Shown here one piece after another: positions 49,593-59,752 of a stretch of 64,000 nucleotides of DNA (within the stretch, counting starts at the first letter, position 1; every line of letters starts with the position of its first letter). Made by a program: the position numbers and the translations under genes. The notes beneath the pieces were generated by a model, which had not been told where the DNA came from, searched no databases, and was given only the letters and a program-made list of their open reading frames with translations. This stretch comes from Flexilinea sp. (lineage in GTDB: Bacteria > Chloroflexota > Anaerolineae > Anaerolineales > Anaerolineaceae), in the NCBI GenBank assembly GCA_026645735.1, contig JAPKMT010000009.1, positions 2,662 to 66,661 of the forward strand, in the 5' to 3' direction.

Positions 49593-50608
49593 ATCGTCTC
49601 TCCTGCATAAAAACATGCTGCTTTTTGAACAGAGATCGTCTCAGTATTCAGTGATTCTGTTGGTGATCCTGTCGGAAATTCTCTTAACATGGGGACATGG
49701 GCAAAACAATCTTCTTTTCCTATTGTACAGCGAGAATAATAGGGACATCCATTTTCAGCTTCCGGCTTGATTACGGTTTTTGAAAACTTCAATTTCTCTG
49801 ATTTACTGCGTGGAATCGCAGAAATTAATGTCTGTGTATAAGGATGCAGCGGATTCTGAACGACACAATTACTTAATCCTTCTTCCACCAGCTTGCCGCG
49901 ATATAAAATTCCTGCATTTTTGCAGAAAATGTTTACCAAACTCACGTTATTCCCAATGAAGAGGACACTCATCTTGAAGTCACGTTGTAATTCATCAATT
50001 AATTTAAGAATTCCGGCTTGAATCGTAACATCCAGATTTCGCGTTGGTTCGTCAGCGATTAAAAACTCTGCACCGCAGGATAATGCAATCGCGATGATAA
50101 TCCGTTGTCGTTGTCCACCACTCAATTCATGCGGATATTTATCAATTAAATTTGATGTATCCGGCAGCTTGACCAGATCTAACAACTCAAGGGAACGTTT
50201 CAAACAGATTTTACCCTTCAGCCCTTCCTGTCGCGTGATGACGCGTTGAATTTGCTGCCCGACAGTAAAGACCGGATTTAATGTCGACATCGGATCCTGG
50301 AAAATCATGGCCAACCGTTTTCCACGATAAATTTCAGCCATCTGTTTATCTGTCTGTTTTAGAAGATCCACTCCATCGAACAGAATACTTCCATTCAGAA
50401 TCATCCCTGCAGGTTTCGGCAGCAATCCAAGAATCGTCAATGCTAAAACCGTTTTCCCTGCGCCGCTTTCGCCCACCAAACCATAGGTTTCACCGCGATT
50501 GATCGTCAGCCCTTCAATATTGAGGACAGGTTTGATCCCTTCAAATGTCCGGAAACCAACTGAAAGATCTTTGATTTCAAAATAAGACTGTTTTTTCTGA
50601 TCTGTCAT
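49589..50608 (-). CDS. Oligopeptide/dipeptide ABC ATP-binding protein (DppD/OppD-like)
   Basis: GESGAGKT, HELSGGQRQR, HPYT. Confidence 0.93.
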   Translation of the reverse strand: MTDQKKQSYFEIKDLSVGFRTFEGIKPVLNIEGLTINRGETYGLVGESGAGKTVLALTILGLLPKPAGMILNGSILFDGVDLLKQTDKQMAEIYRGKRLAMIFQDPMSTLNPVFTVGQQIQRVITRQEGLKGKICLKRSLELLDLVKLPDTSNLIDKYPHELSGGQRQRIIIAIALSCGAEFLIADEPTRNLDVTIQAGILKLIDELQRDFKMSVLFIGNNVSLVNIFCKNAGILYRGKLVEEGLSNCVVQNPLHPYTQTLISAIPRSKSEKLKFSKTVIKPEAENGCPYYSRCTIGKEDCFAHVPMLREFPTGSPTESLNTETISVQKAACFYAGETI

Positions 50609-50618
50609 ATGGCTCTCC

Positions 50619-51512
50619 TTAAAATTTCCGGGTGCGCGGATCCAAAACTTCACGGATGCCGTCACCGATCAAATTAAAAACCATCACCGTTATAAAGATC
50701 GCAATACCAGGGAACGTGCTGTACCACCAGGCATTCAGGAAATAGGTGCGGCTGGATGAAATTAACAATCCCCATTCAGGAATCGGAGGCTGTGCACCCA
50801 AACCCAAAAAGCTTAAGGATGCAATTGTTAAAATGACTCCGCCAATATCCATGGAAGCCTGCACGATAACCGGTGCCAGCGTATTTGGAAGAATATGTGA
50901 AAAAATAATTTTGGGAAGCGGTGTACCTATCGCGCGCGCTGCCCTGACGAATTGACGTTCCCGGATGGAAACTGCCTGTCCGCGAATAATCCTCGTATAC
51001 CATGGCCACCAGGAAATCGCGATTGCCAAAATGGCATTTTCCAAACTGGGGCCCAGGAACGAAGAGATGGCAATAGCCAGCAATAAAGGCGGGAATGACA
51101 GGAAGATATCTGTCAGGCGCATGATGATTTCATCCGCAATGCCCCCCAGACCTCCTGCAATAGCACCCAGCGGAGCTCCGATTAATAAAGCCAATCCCAC
51201 TGCCAACAGAGCGGTTCGTAAAGAAATTCGTGTTCCAAAAAGAATTCTGGAGAACAGGTCTCGACCCAATTCATCCGTTCCAAAAAAGTATTGACTGGAT
51301 GGGGGTAATAGTTTATCTTTCGGATTCGTATCGCTGATCGCATGTCCCGGATATGGCGCGATGACCGGAGCAAATATCGCAATCAGGATCAGCAGAAGAA
51401 TTATCACCATTGAAATCCGCTGTAATAAATTTCGATTGAGAAGAAAAAATGTAACTTTCAACTCCCGAACAGCAGGCTGGACAGCTCGTAAAAAACTTGT
51501 ACTTTGTGTCAT
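50619..51512 (-). CDS. Peptide ABC permease (DppC-like)
   Basis: FGTDELGRDLFSR, FVRAARAIG, SFLGLG. Confidence 0.93.
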   Translation of the reverse strand: MTQSTSFLRAVQPAVRELKVTFFLLNRNLLQRISMVIILLLILIAIFAPVIAPYPGHAISDTNPKDKLLPPSSQYFFGTDELGRDLFSRILFGTRISLRTALLAVGLALLIGAPLGAIAGGLGGIADEIIMRLTDIFLSFPPLLLAIAISSFLGPSLENAILAIAISWWPWYTRIIRGQAVSIRERQFVRAARAIGTPLPKIIFSHILPNTLAPVIVQASMDIGGVILTIASLSFLGLGAQPPIPEWGLLISSSRTYFLNAWWYSTFPGIAIFITVMVFNLIGDGIREVLDPRTRKF

Positions 51513-51524
51513 TTGCCGCCTCCT

Positions 51525-52535
51525 TCAGGTTCGCACCCGGGGATCCAGTGCAATAATAATATCTGCAGCCAGATTGAGGAGCACGTATGAAAATGCCGAG
51601 AAAATCGTGACACCCATGATAGCCGGGTAATCATTTCCGATCACAGCAGAAGAAATATAACTTCCGATGCCAGGCCAGGTAAAGATGGATTCTGTCAAAA
51701 ATGTATTTACCAATGTATATCCGATCGATAAAGCGACAACAGTTGATGTAGGCCCAATGGAATTTTTCAATGCATACGACCAGAGGACTGTTCTTTCCTT
51801 CAATCCATAGGATCTGGCGGCAGTAATGTAATCTTCATTGAGAATTTCAAGCATGGCAGAACGGGTCATTCTTGCGACGAGTCCGATCGGATACAGAGCA
51901 ATCGTGATACCAGGAAGAACGATGTGCCATAGTGCATCCCATAAAATCGTGAAATTACCGGTAATCAAACAATCAAATATCAAAAAGCCAGTAACTTTCG
52001 GAATATCCATTAATATTTTAATTTCCGTACTCAACTGTCCGCCCATCGGGAAAATATCCAGAATTCGAAAAAAGACCAACTGCAGAATAAGTCCGATCCA
52101 GAAAGTGGGTAAGGAAACAGCTCCAATCGAAAAAAGGCGGCTTAAATGATCGATCAGCTTATCTTTTCGCTTTGCAGAGATGACTCCCAAAGGTATACCA
52201 ATGAACACGGCCGCAATCGTCGATAATAAAACCAGCTCGACTGTAGCAGGCAGGCTTTCCAGTAATTCCTGTGTGATTGGGCGCCGGGTTCGCAGTGAGT
52301 TCCCAAGGTTTCCGCGGAATAAGTCCATCAGATATTTCCCGAATTGAACTACAAGCGGTTTATCCAGCCCCAGTTCAATCGTAGCTTTGGCTATCTGTTC
52401 CGGATTTGCTCTGGGTCCAGCCCATTTTGCAGCAGGATTGGATGGTACCACACGCGCTACAAAAAAAGTAATGAATGCCACTCCCAGGAGGACAATTATT
52501 CCTAACAATACACGTCGGAGAATAAATTTCGTCAT
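51525..52535 (-). CDS. Peptide ABC permease (DppB-like)
   Basis: ARMTRSAMLE, YITAARSYG, ESIFTWPGIG. Confidence 0.93.
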   Translation of the reverse strand: MTKFILRRVLLGIIVLLGVAFITFFVARVVPSNPAAKWAGPRANPEQIAKATIELGLDKPLVVQFGKYLMDLFRGNLGNSLRTRRPITQELLESLPATVELVLLSTIAAVFIGIPLGVISAKRKDKLIDHLSRLFSIGAVSLPTFWIGLILQLVFFRILDIFPMGGQLSTEIKILMDIPKVTGFLIFDCLITGNFTILWDALWHIVLPGITIALYPIGLVARMTRSAMLEILNEDYITAARSYGLKERTVLWSYALKNSIGPTSTVVALSIGYTLVNTFLTESIFTWPGIGSYISSAVIGNDYPAIMGVTIFSAFSYVLLNLAADIIIALDPRVRT

Positions 52536-52564
52536 CCAGGCTCCTTCAATAAAGAAATGAATGA

Positions 52565-52605
52565 TAAAAAGACAGGGGATTCTTAAGCTTTTTCAAGAAT
52601 CCCCT
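52565..52605 (-). terminator. Stem-loop after peptide SBP gene
   Basis: AGGGGATTCTT/AAGAATCCCCT arms with T-rich tail on - strand. Confidence 0.7.
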
Positions 52606-52759
52606 CAATTAACAAAAGATAATCAATCAGAAAACTTGCTGAGTTTGCACAGACTCAAAGCCAATTTTTATGATTATGAGTTCCCTGCAATTTTCAATTT
52701 ATTTTCAGCAACAAAATCCAATGAAAACAAACGAATTCATCTTCATCAGATCAGTTCCA

Positions 52760-54313
52760 TCAGTTCTGAACGGTCAACTCGTGGAAGAATACCACGGTCG
52801 GGTATGCCGGATTGAATTTGAAACCTTGTATGGTCTTATAGGTTACCCAAATATCCTGACGATCATACATGAAAATGGAGGCAGCATCATCCAAAAGCAT
52901 TTTTTGTGCGTCAATGAACATTTGTTTTGCAGCCTCAATATCCGAAGAAGTCATTTCGTTTCCACCGTCAATTAATTGATCAAATTCAGGATTCTTATAA
53001 TAAGCCAGATTGAATAAAGGCTCATCCTCAGAATGGAAAGTGGAATATAAGAATGAATAGGGACTTGGCAGATCCGGCCACCAGTACATCATTAATATGT
53101 CCTGACGCTGGGATGGATCACCCAGCGCCATTTCCCATTGGCTGTCCCACGGCATTCCGCGAATATCAAGATTGACTCCCAGTTTAGCCAATTCGGATTT
53201 ATAAAGTTCTGCAGTGCTTTTCTCAGCTTCATTTCCGGCAGTATATGTCAGAACCAGGCTTAAATCTGATCCGGCACCGGCTTCTTCCAACAGTGCTTTG
53301 GCTTTTTCCAGGTCATATTCATAGCGCGGCAACTGATCGCTCCAACCCCATAAACCAGCTGGAACCATTCCATAAGACTGTTGGCCATAACCTCCGATGA
53401 CTGTATCAATCACTGCCTGATACGGGAACGCATAAGCCAATGCCTGACGGAGTTTCACATTATCCAACGGAGCTTTTTGAGTATTGAACATACCAATCAA
53501 GTTCTGCAGAGAAGGATTGACAGAAACGACCACTTCCGGGTTGTTTTTTAGAACTTCCACATCCGTATATGGCAGCTCCACAGTAATGGCTGCTTCACCG
53601 GTTTCAATCATCTGTCTTCGAGTAGCAGTTTCAGAGACTTTCTTGAAGACGACGATATCAATGCTGTTCTCCTGCCATCCGCCCCAGTAACCGTCAAATT
53701 TCTGAAGAATCACTTCATCGCCCCATTTGGCGCTTCTCAGCATATAAGGTCCGGTACCGCAGCCAGGAGTTTCATCGATCCAGGTATTATCTTCATTCAC
53801 GCATTTGGATGAATAAATGAAAGCCGCATAACCGGTTGCAGCCACCAGATCGAGAGGATTTTTATAAGCAAGTTTAAATTCAACCGTAAGCGGATCCACC
53901 ACATTAATGGATTCAACAGCGGACCAGATGTAGGATGCACCAGCAGCAAGCTGCATCGTACGCTCAACCGAGAATTTTACATCCTCAGCAGTAAAATCAT
54001 CACCATTCTGAAATTTCACGCCGGCACGAAGGTTGAACGTCCAGGTTAATCCATCTTCTGAAACGGTATAAGACTCAGCCAGCATTGGAATAATTTTTTC
54101 TTCGATCGAATCATATCGCAGCAATTGTTCATACATATTATTGTGAACATGAATACCATTCGAAAATTCTATCGCTGGATCCCAGTTTGTCAGCGGTTCA
54201 CTGTTTAATGCATAAACCGCAAAAGTCGGGGTGTCCGCCGCAAAAGCCGAACCAGTAATTATAAAAATACTGATCAGGCTTAATACAATAAATAACTTCA
54301 TTGTTTTTTCCAT
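52760..54313 (-). CDS. Peptide ABC solute-binding protein (family 5)
   Basis: Signal peptide, YEQL, PMLAES, WTFNLR.GVKF, GTGPY. Confidence 0.93.
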   Translation of the reverse strand: MEKTMKLFIVLSLISIFIITGSAFAADTPTFAVYALNSEPLTNWDPAIEFSNGIHVHNNMYEQLLRYDSIEEKIIPMLAESYTVSEDGLTWTFNLRAGVKFQNGDDFTAEDVKFSVERTMQLAAGASYIWSAVESINVVDPLTVEFKLAYKNPLDLVAATGYAAFIYSSKCVNEDNTWIDETPGCGTGPYMLRSAKWGDEVILQKFDGYWGGWQENSIDIVVFKKVSETATRRQMIETGEAAITVELPYTDVEVLKNNPEVVVSVNPSLQNLIGMFNTQKAPLDNVKLRQALAYAFPYQAVIDTVIGGYGQQSYGMVPAGLWGWSDQLPRYEYDLEKAKALLEEAGAGSDLSLVLTYTAGNEAEKSTAELYKSELAKLGVNLDIRGMPWDSQWEMALGDPSQRQDILMMYWWPDLPSPYSFLYSTFHSEDEPLFNLAYYKNPEFDQLIDGGNEMTSSDIEAAKQMFIDAQKMLLDDAASIFMYDRQDIWVTYKTIQGFKFNPAYPTVVFFHELTVQN

Positions 54314-54618
54314 TTTTTCCCTCTTTAGTATATTTGATGAATGATACGATTTATTGAAAATTCTGGAATAAATCATAGCTTTATATTTTGTATTGATATA
54401 AACTAGTATAACAAAAAGGTATTACTGTTTTTTCATTGAGTTGAATATCTATAGGAAAATGATTATAACAAATTAAAACTATTCAATTTCAGAATCTGGT
54501 ATATTTTTATTAATTTTATTGGTTTATCCATTTCGAGATAACCGAACATGGAAAAATGATAACAAAGACGAATAATACAGCTATTTTTTCTGTTTTTCCA
54601 GGATTTTTTAATAAATAA

Positions 54619-54741
54619 CAGTAATTCGAAATTTGGAAAAACCTTTTGAGAAAAAAGAGAAAATTAGTTGTTATGTTGTTTTTGCGCAGAGCGCAAAAAC
54701 AACATAACAATAAGTAATCTCTCTCATATTTCGAATTGCTG
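54619..54741 (+). mobile_element. 123-bp MITE copy (best preserved)
   Basis: TIRs CAGTAATTCGAAATTTG / CATATTTCGAATTGCTG; perfect TSD AATAAATAA; perfect 20-bp arms with AGA loop. Confidence 0.95.
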
Positions 54742-54856
54742 AATAAATAATGAATCCAGTCGAAAAATTGTTATGATCATCCTTTTTACGCTATGGATCC
54801 GGGATGATCCAGACAGGGTTCTGTATAAAAATATATTGAAGGATTATAGGTTTTAA

Positions 54857-56383
54857 ATGAAAATCAGAATCATTGCCCCGATCACTTCTTCTGTGTACGC
54901 TTCCAGCGCACTTCCCGTTCTGCAAAAGTTTGTTAATGAAAATACACAGATCAGTCTTGTCAGTTTGTCGAAGGGACCCGCTTCTCTTGAATCGATTTAT
55001 GAAGAAACGCTTGCCGCCCCTCAGGTCGTACAACGAGTGTTGGAAGCCGAACGGGATGGGATGGATGCAGTTGTCATTGATTGCATGAACGATCCGGGTT
55101 TAGAAGCAGCCAGAGAAATGACCAGAATTCCGGTAATTGGTGCAGCTCAGTCTGCGATGACACTGGCAGCAACGCTGTGTGGCAAATTTTCCATAATCGC
55201 AACCGCTAAACGAGACCGCTTCCCTTTCGAACTTCTCGTTAAACGATATGGATTGACAGAGAAATTTGCATCCATTCGATCTGTTGAGATACCTGTCCTT
55301 GATTTATATAAACTCAGCGAAAAACTGCTTTCCTCATTAATTACCGAATCCATTCATGCGATACAGGAAGATGGCGCCAGCGGAATTATTTTCGGATGTA
55401 CCAGTATGCGTGAGATGAAACAGGATTTGAAAGACGCGCTTCAACAGCACGGATTGAATCCTCTGATCATCGATCCATCGTCTGTTGCTTTAAAATGGGC
55501 TGAAATGCTGGCAGGATTAAATCGCACACACAGTCAAAAAACCTATCCGTATGGCAAAAGTTTTCTGCTTCCGGAACATAAAACCCTGAACGCAGAATTA
55601 AACCAATCCAGGAATGGCACACACCATCGTTCGGTTAAAATTTGCGTGATGGTACCCGTCGTTCAGGGATATCGGGAAGACAGGTGGCTTGAGGACACGC
55701 GAAAAGGATATGCCGCTTATGCACGTCCTTCGACGCAAATTATGGTGGAGGCAATCCAAACCGGACCAGCAACCATTGAAAATCAGTATCTAAAAGCCAT
55801 GTGCATCCCGGAATTGCTCCGAATCGCCAAAAATGCAGAGAAGAATGGCGCTGATGCACTGATTATCGACTGCATGAGTGATCCGGGTTTTGATGCAGTC
55901 CGTGAAGCAGTTACCATCCCTGTAATCGGGCAGACACACATTTGCAGCTTTCTGGCATCAGCGCTTTCACACCGCTTCAGTATTTTGGGAACCCGCAAAG
56001 ATTATGGACATAAATTTGCCAACCAGGTTGCAGAATATGGAATCAGTGCCAAACTGGCATCCGTACGAACGATTGGCTTGACCGTTGAGGAAGTGGAAAC
56101 TAATCCGGACAGGTTATTGAAAGCGCTGCTGGATGCAGGTGAACAAGCAGTTATTCAAGATGGTGCGCATTCCTTAATTCCAGGCTGCACCGGAATGATC
56201 GGTCTTGCGGATACGCTACAGGAAAGGCTTTCTGAGCGTGGAATCCATGTGCCCGTACTGGAACCGCCTGCGGTTGCTGTCAAATTTGCGGAATTATTGA
56301 CCGATTTGCATCTCTGTCACAGTAAAATTACATGGCCGCTTCCTCCTGAAAAAGAAATCAGCGGTTATCCGGAAATCTTATAA
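54857..56383 (+). CDS. Tandem two-domain Asp/Glu/hydantoin racemase family protein
   Basis: Two repeats each with IDCMxDPG and GCTxM catalytic Cys motifs. Confidence 0.9.
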   Translation: MKIRIIAPITSSVYASSALPVLQKFVNENTQISLVSLSKGPASLESIYEETLAAPQVVQRVLEAERDGMDAVVIDCMNDPGLEAAREMTRIPVIGAAQSAMTLAATLCGKFSIIATAKRDRFPFELLVKRYGLTEKFASIRSVEIPVLDLYKLSEKLLSSLITESIHAIQEDGASGIIFGCTSMREMKQDLKDALQQHGLNPLIIDPSSVALKWAEMLAGLNRTHSQKTYPYGKSFLLPEHKTLNAELNQSRNGTHHRSVKICVMVPVVQGYREDRWLEDTRKGYAAYARPSTQIMVEAIQTGPATIENQYLKAMCIPELLRIAKNAEKNGADALIIDCMSDPGFDAVREAVTIPVIGQTHICSFLASALSHRFSILGTRKDYGHKFANQVAEYGISAKLASVRTIGLTVEEVETNPDRLLKALLDAGEQAVIQDGAHSLIPGCTGMIGLADTLQERLSERGIHVPVLEPPAVAVKFAELLTDLHLCHSKITWPLPPEKEISGYPEIL

Positions 56384-56401
56384 AGGTCAAGGAAAGAAAA
56401 G

Positions 56402-56914
56402 ATGGAAACACTTGAAGCAATCCGAACTCGACGCAGCATCCGATCCTATACTTCGGAACCATTAAAAGACGCTGACCTCCAAAAAATCATTGAAGCGGCT
56501 GTTTCCGCTCCCAGCGGCGGTAACAGTCAAAGCTGGTTGTTCTTCAGCGTGTGCGAACCGAAACGTATCGCCGGAATGCGCGCAATTTGTCCCGGGATCA
56601 TCGGAATCCCTTCCGGAATTATCATATTATGTCTCGATTTCCGTGGACAGAAAAAGGAAGTGCTTCCAATCATAAAGTATTTGGATATTGGAGCCGCAAT
56701 GCAGAATATACTACTGGCTGCACATGATCTTGGCTTGGGTGGCTGTGCCATCGGTTCCTTTCATGTGGAAGGCGTAAAAGAATTTCTAAATATACCTGAA
56801 CATGTAGAGCCAATTCTGTTGACCGTTTTGGGCAAACCAAAAAGTCTTCCTTCCGCTCCAAAGAAAAAGCCTTTACAAGAAATCTATTTTCAGGAAAGTT
56901 ATAAAGAAAAATAA
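56402..56914 (+). CDS. Nitroreductase family protein
   Basis: RRSIRSY, APSGGNSQSW, AAMQNILLAAHDLGLGGC. Confidence 0.92.
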   Translation: METLEAIRTRRSIRSYTSEPLKDADLQKIIEAAVSAPSGGNSQSWLFFSVCEPKRIAGMRAICPGIIGIPSGIIILCLDFRGQKKEVLPIIKYLDIGAAMQNILLAAHDLGLGGCAIGSFHVEGVKEFLNIPEHVEPILLTVLGKPKSLPSAPKKKPLQEIYFQESYKEK

Positions 56915-56915
56915 A

Positions 56916-57203
56916 ATGGAATCGAAAGAATTGAAAAACGAATTGTTATTGCTGGTTTCTTTCATGATTACAAGCGCGCGCGGACTCTATGATGAGCCCG
57001 AAAATTATGGGACTTTTCGGTTAATCGATGCGGCTGGACGATTATTGGCCATCATGGAATCAGCAGGAATGTCTGATGTTTTTATCAGCGCACTCAGACA
57101 GCAAGTTGATGAAGAACGGGAATCCTCGATGGATGATGATGCCCAAAAAATGAACCTGGACAGGATGGTGTTAAAAATAGCCAGAGAACTGCAGAATCGT
57201 TGA
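56916..57203 (+). CDS. DUF6092-like small protein
   Basis: SARGLYDEPENYGTFRLIDAA pattern; family name from memory. Confidence 0.6.
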   Translation: MESKELKNELLLLVSFMITSARGLYDEPENYGTFRLIDAAGRLLAIMESAGMSDVFISALRQQVDEERESSMDDDAQKMNLDRMVLKIARELQNR

Positions 57204-57286
57204 TGGATCAAATCGAAGGGAAAATGAATCAGGGTCCTTCGATCACCATCCAAAAATAAATTGGATGATAAAAAAATGGAGAAGAT

Positions 57287-58429
57287 ATGTCAAAAACAAT
57301 ACTGAAAACAAAGCAAGATTGTGTCGATTTTCTTACTGGATTAAAACTGCTCGGAACAGGAGGAGGCGGTTCGATAACGACTGGAATGGAATTGCTCACA
57401 AAAGCACTTGATGAAGGATTGACGCTTTCATGGATCGATGCCGCAGAATTACCAGAAGACACGTTCACTTGTACTGCGTTCAGCTCCGGATCAATCTCTG
57501 CCGGTCGTCCGGAAAGTGAATCGGATATTACTGAATTAGGGAAAAAATTGGGAATCGAGAATAAATTTGGTTTGCGGGCGGCTGAAATGGCGGTGAAGGA
57601 GTTGGAGAAGTACTCCGGTGTCAAAGTAGGTGCTTTGGTTCCTGTAGAGTTAGGTGCTGCCAATGCACCAGCTCCAATGGTAATTGCAGCCCGTCTGGGA
57701 ATGAGTCTGATCGACGGTGATTACAGCGGGAGAGCAGTTCCACAGGAAATGCAGACGACCTATTTTCTGAAAGATTACAGCATTACGCCGGCAGTAGTGA
57801 CAGACTGGTGGGGGGATATCGTTGTCATCAAAGAAGGCTCGGCGGCCATGGTTGAAAGGTTAGGAAAAATGATGGCCATCGCCAGCTATGGCGCTGTATA
57901 TTTTGCATCGGTCCTCTTATCGGCCAAAGATACAAGAGAAACAATTGTTCCCGGCACTTTATCATTGAGCTATGAACTCGGAAAAGCCGTCCACAAAGCG
58001 GTTAAGTCCGCACAGAACCCTGTAACAAAAATTGTTGAACAACTGAATGGATGGAAATTATTCTCAGGAGTTGTTACTGGCAAAGAATGGGAGGATAAAG
58101 AGGGTGCCATGGCGGGAACAACCCACATCCGGGGAACAGGTGTTGATGAAGGTCACACGATGGATATCTGGTTCCTCAACGAAAACCACGTGGCATGGCT
58201 GGACGGGAAACCCTATGTTTTCAGCCCGGATATTATCATAAACGTCAATCCGAATACTGGTGAAGGATATTCCAATACGGAACTGAAAGAGGGTGATCCG
58301 GTCGCAGTCGTTGGCTGCAAAATCAATCCGGTTTTCCGTTCTGAAAAAGCAATTTCTTACTTTGGACCGCGATTTTGGGGCTTTGATTTTGACTACAAGC
58401 CGATAGAAGAAATGATGGCTAGGCGTTAA
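57287..58429 (+). CDS. DUF917 family protein (copy 2)
   Basis: LGTGGGGS, ELGAAN, DGDYSGRAVP, WFLNENH, PDII. Confidence 0.88.
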   Translation: MSKTILKTKQDCVDFLTGLKLLGTGGGGSITTGMELLTKALDEGLTLSWIDAAELPEDTFTCTAFSSGSISAGRPESESDITELGKKLGIENKFGLRAAEMAVKELEKYSGVKVGALVPVELGAANAPAPMVIAARLGMSLIDGDYSGRAVPQEMQTTYFLKDYSITPAVVTDWWGDIVVIKEGSAAMVERLGKMMAIASYGAVYFASVLLSAKDTRETIVPGTLSLSYELGKAVHKAVKSAQNPVTKIVEQLNGWKLFSGVVTGKEWEDKEGAMAGTTHIRGTGVDEGHTMDIWFLNENHVAWLDGKPYVFSPDIIINVNPNTGEGYSNTELKEGDPVAVVGCKINPVFRSEKAISYFGPRFWGFDFDYKPIEEMMARR

Positions 58430-58467
58430 ATAACACTGAATCAAGCACGATCAACGATACTTAAAAC

Positions 58468-58515
58468 AGAGAATTGGTTTTTTGGGAAATATTCCAACGG
58501 CCAATTCTCTTTTTT
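58468..58515 (+). terminator. Terminator after DUF917 copy 2
   Basis: AGAGAATTGG...CCAATTCTCT-TTTTT. Confidence 0.7.
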
Positions 58516-58570
58516 ATATCCAGTTTCAAGCATTTAGATGCATATCGGGACACGCACGAACATTTGCTGC

Positions 58571-58610
58571 TTGACAACGCAATGAAACTATTATACTATA
58601 TATAATAGTA
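58571..58610 (+). promoter_or_regulatory. Sigma70 promoter with overlapping PadR-type palindrome
   Basis: TTGACA-17 bp-TACTAT; TACTAT-ATATA-ATAGTA inverted repeat covers the -10 box. Confidence 0.75.
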
Positions 58611-58716
58611 TTTTACGATTAGTACTGAACTAACTTTTCTTACTCCCGATCAACAATAAAATCGAAAATACTCGAATGAAAACAAGAAAATATCGATTAG
58701 GAAAGGAGGTTGATTC

Positions 58717-59043
58717 ATGAATATTCAATACAAAAAAGGGGTTCTGGAACTTTGCGTTTTAGCCATTTTATATCGCCATGACTGTTATGGATATGACATA
58801 TCAGAATTTATTTCAAAACGGATCGATATCTCAGATGGAACGGTCTATCCCATTTTGCGAAAATTGAAGAGTGATGGAATGGTAACAACTTATTTATCGG
58901 AAGACAGCGGTGGTCCACCCAGAAAATATTACACGCTTACAGATCTCGGGGAAAAAGAATTTTTACAGTCAAAGGAAGAATGGAGCTCTTTTATCAGAGT
59001 CGTCGAAGAAATACTTACGGAGGGTTCGCATGAAAAAAATTGA
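58717..59043 (+). CDS. PadR family transcriptional regulator
   Basis: KKGVLELCVL, YGYDI, GTVYPILRKL, PPRKYY. Confidence 0.95.
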   Translation: MNIQYKKGVLELCVLAILYRHDCYGYDISEFISKRIDISDGTVYPILRKLKSDGMVTTYLSEDSGGPPRKYYTLTDLGEKEFLQSKEEWSSFIRVVEEILTEGSHEKN

Positions 59044-59737
59044 TTATTTGAAAACACTGCAAAAAGAACTGAACAATAATCATGTTGCAGGAATTGATGA
59101 AATTTTGGTGGAATATGACGAGCATTTTAACTACAAAATTGCTGATGGTTACAGCGAAGAAGAAATCGCAGCGAAATTAGGAAAACCGGAACAGATTGCT
59201 GCACAATTTGCTGCTATGGATACGCCCAGTTCATACCGCAGGGGAAATAAGATTCTGGCAGCGCTTGGATTCGGATTTCTGGATCTATTCATCGGCATTT
59301 TTTTTATTCTCGCATATGTCTGGGTTATTGGTATGGGCGTTTTTTCAATAACAGCGATTCTAACAGGATTCAGTTTGGGATTAAATTTCAACCCAGGCCA
59401 TCTCGTCCCCTTTATGCCGTGGCAGAGTGCAGTCTTATTTGGAATATCGATTTTATTTTTGGGTTTTTTAGCAGCGCTTGGAACTATTTATCTATACTTC
59501 TACATCCGACAGCTGGGAAAGGCCTTTGTGCAGTGGCAGAAAAACACTTTCTCGGGAAATATGTATCCACCACTTTCAACAAATCCGCTCTTCAGCTCCA
59601 AAGCCAGACGATTTCTGAGAAGTGCAGCCCAGATTTCGCTCCTGGTTTTTGGAATAGCTTTAATTGCAGCCTATATTTTTTCAGCGATTCATGCGGGGAA
59701 TCTCGAATTCTGGCATGTATGGCACTGGTTTGTTTAG
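59030..59737 (+). CDS. DUF1700 membrane protein
   Basis: YL..L...L, EYDEHF, SEEEIAAKLGKPEQIA N-terminal motif plus TM helices; PadR-coupled. Confidence 0.85.
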   Translation: MKKIDYLKTLQKELNNNHVAGIDEILVEYDEHFNYKIADGYSEEEIAAKLGKPEQIAAQFAAMDTPSSYRRGNKILAALGFGFLDLFIGIFFILAYVWVIGMGVFSITAILTGFSLGLNFNPGHLVPFMPWQSAVLFGISILFLGFLAALGTIYLYFYIRQLGKAFVQWQKNTFSGNMYPPLSTNPLFSSKARRFLRSAAQISLLVFGIALIAAYIFSAIHAGNLEFWHVWHWFV

Positions 59738-59752
59738 AAAGGATATGATTCC

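Noticed and set aside
45491-54741. Two opposed MITEs bracketing the peptide ABC-DUF917 arm as a composite transposon
   Set aside because: Each copy has its own distinct TSD, indicating independent insertions; the outer flanks do not match.
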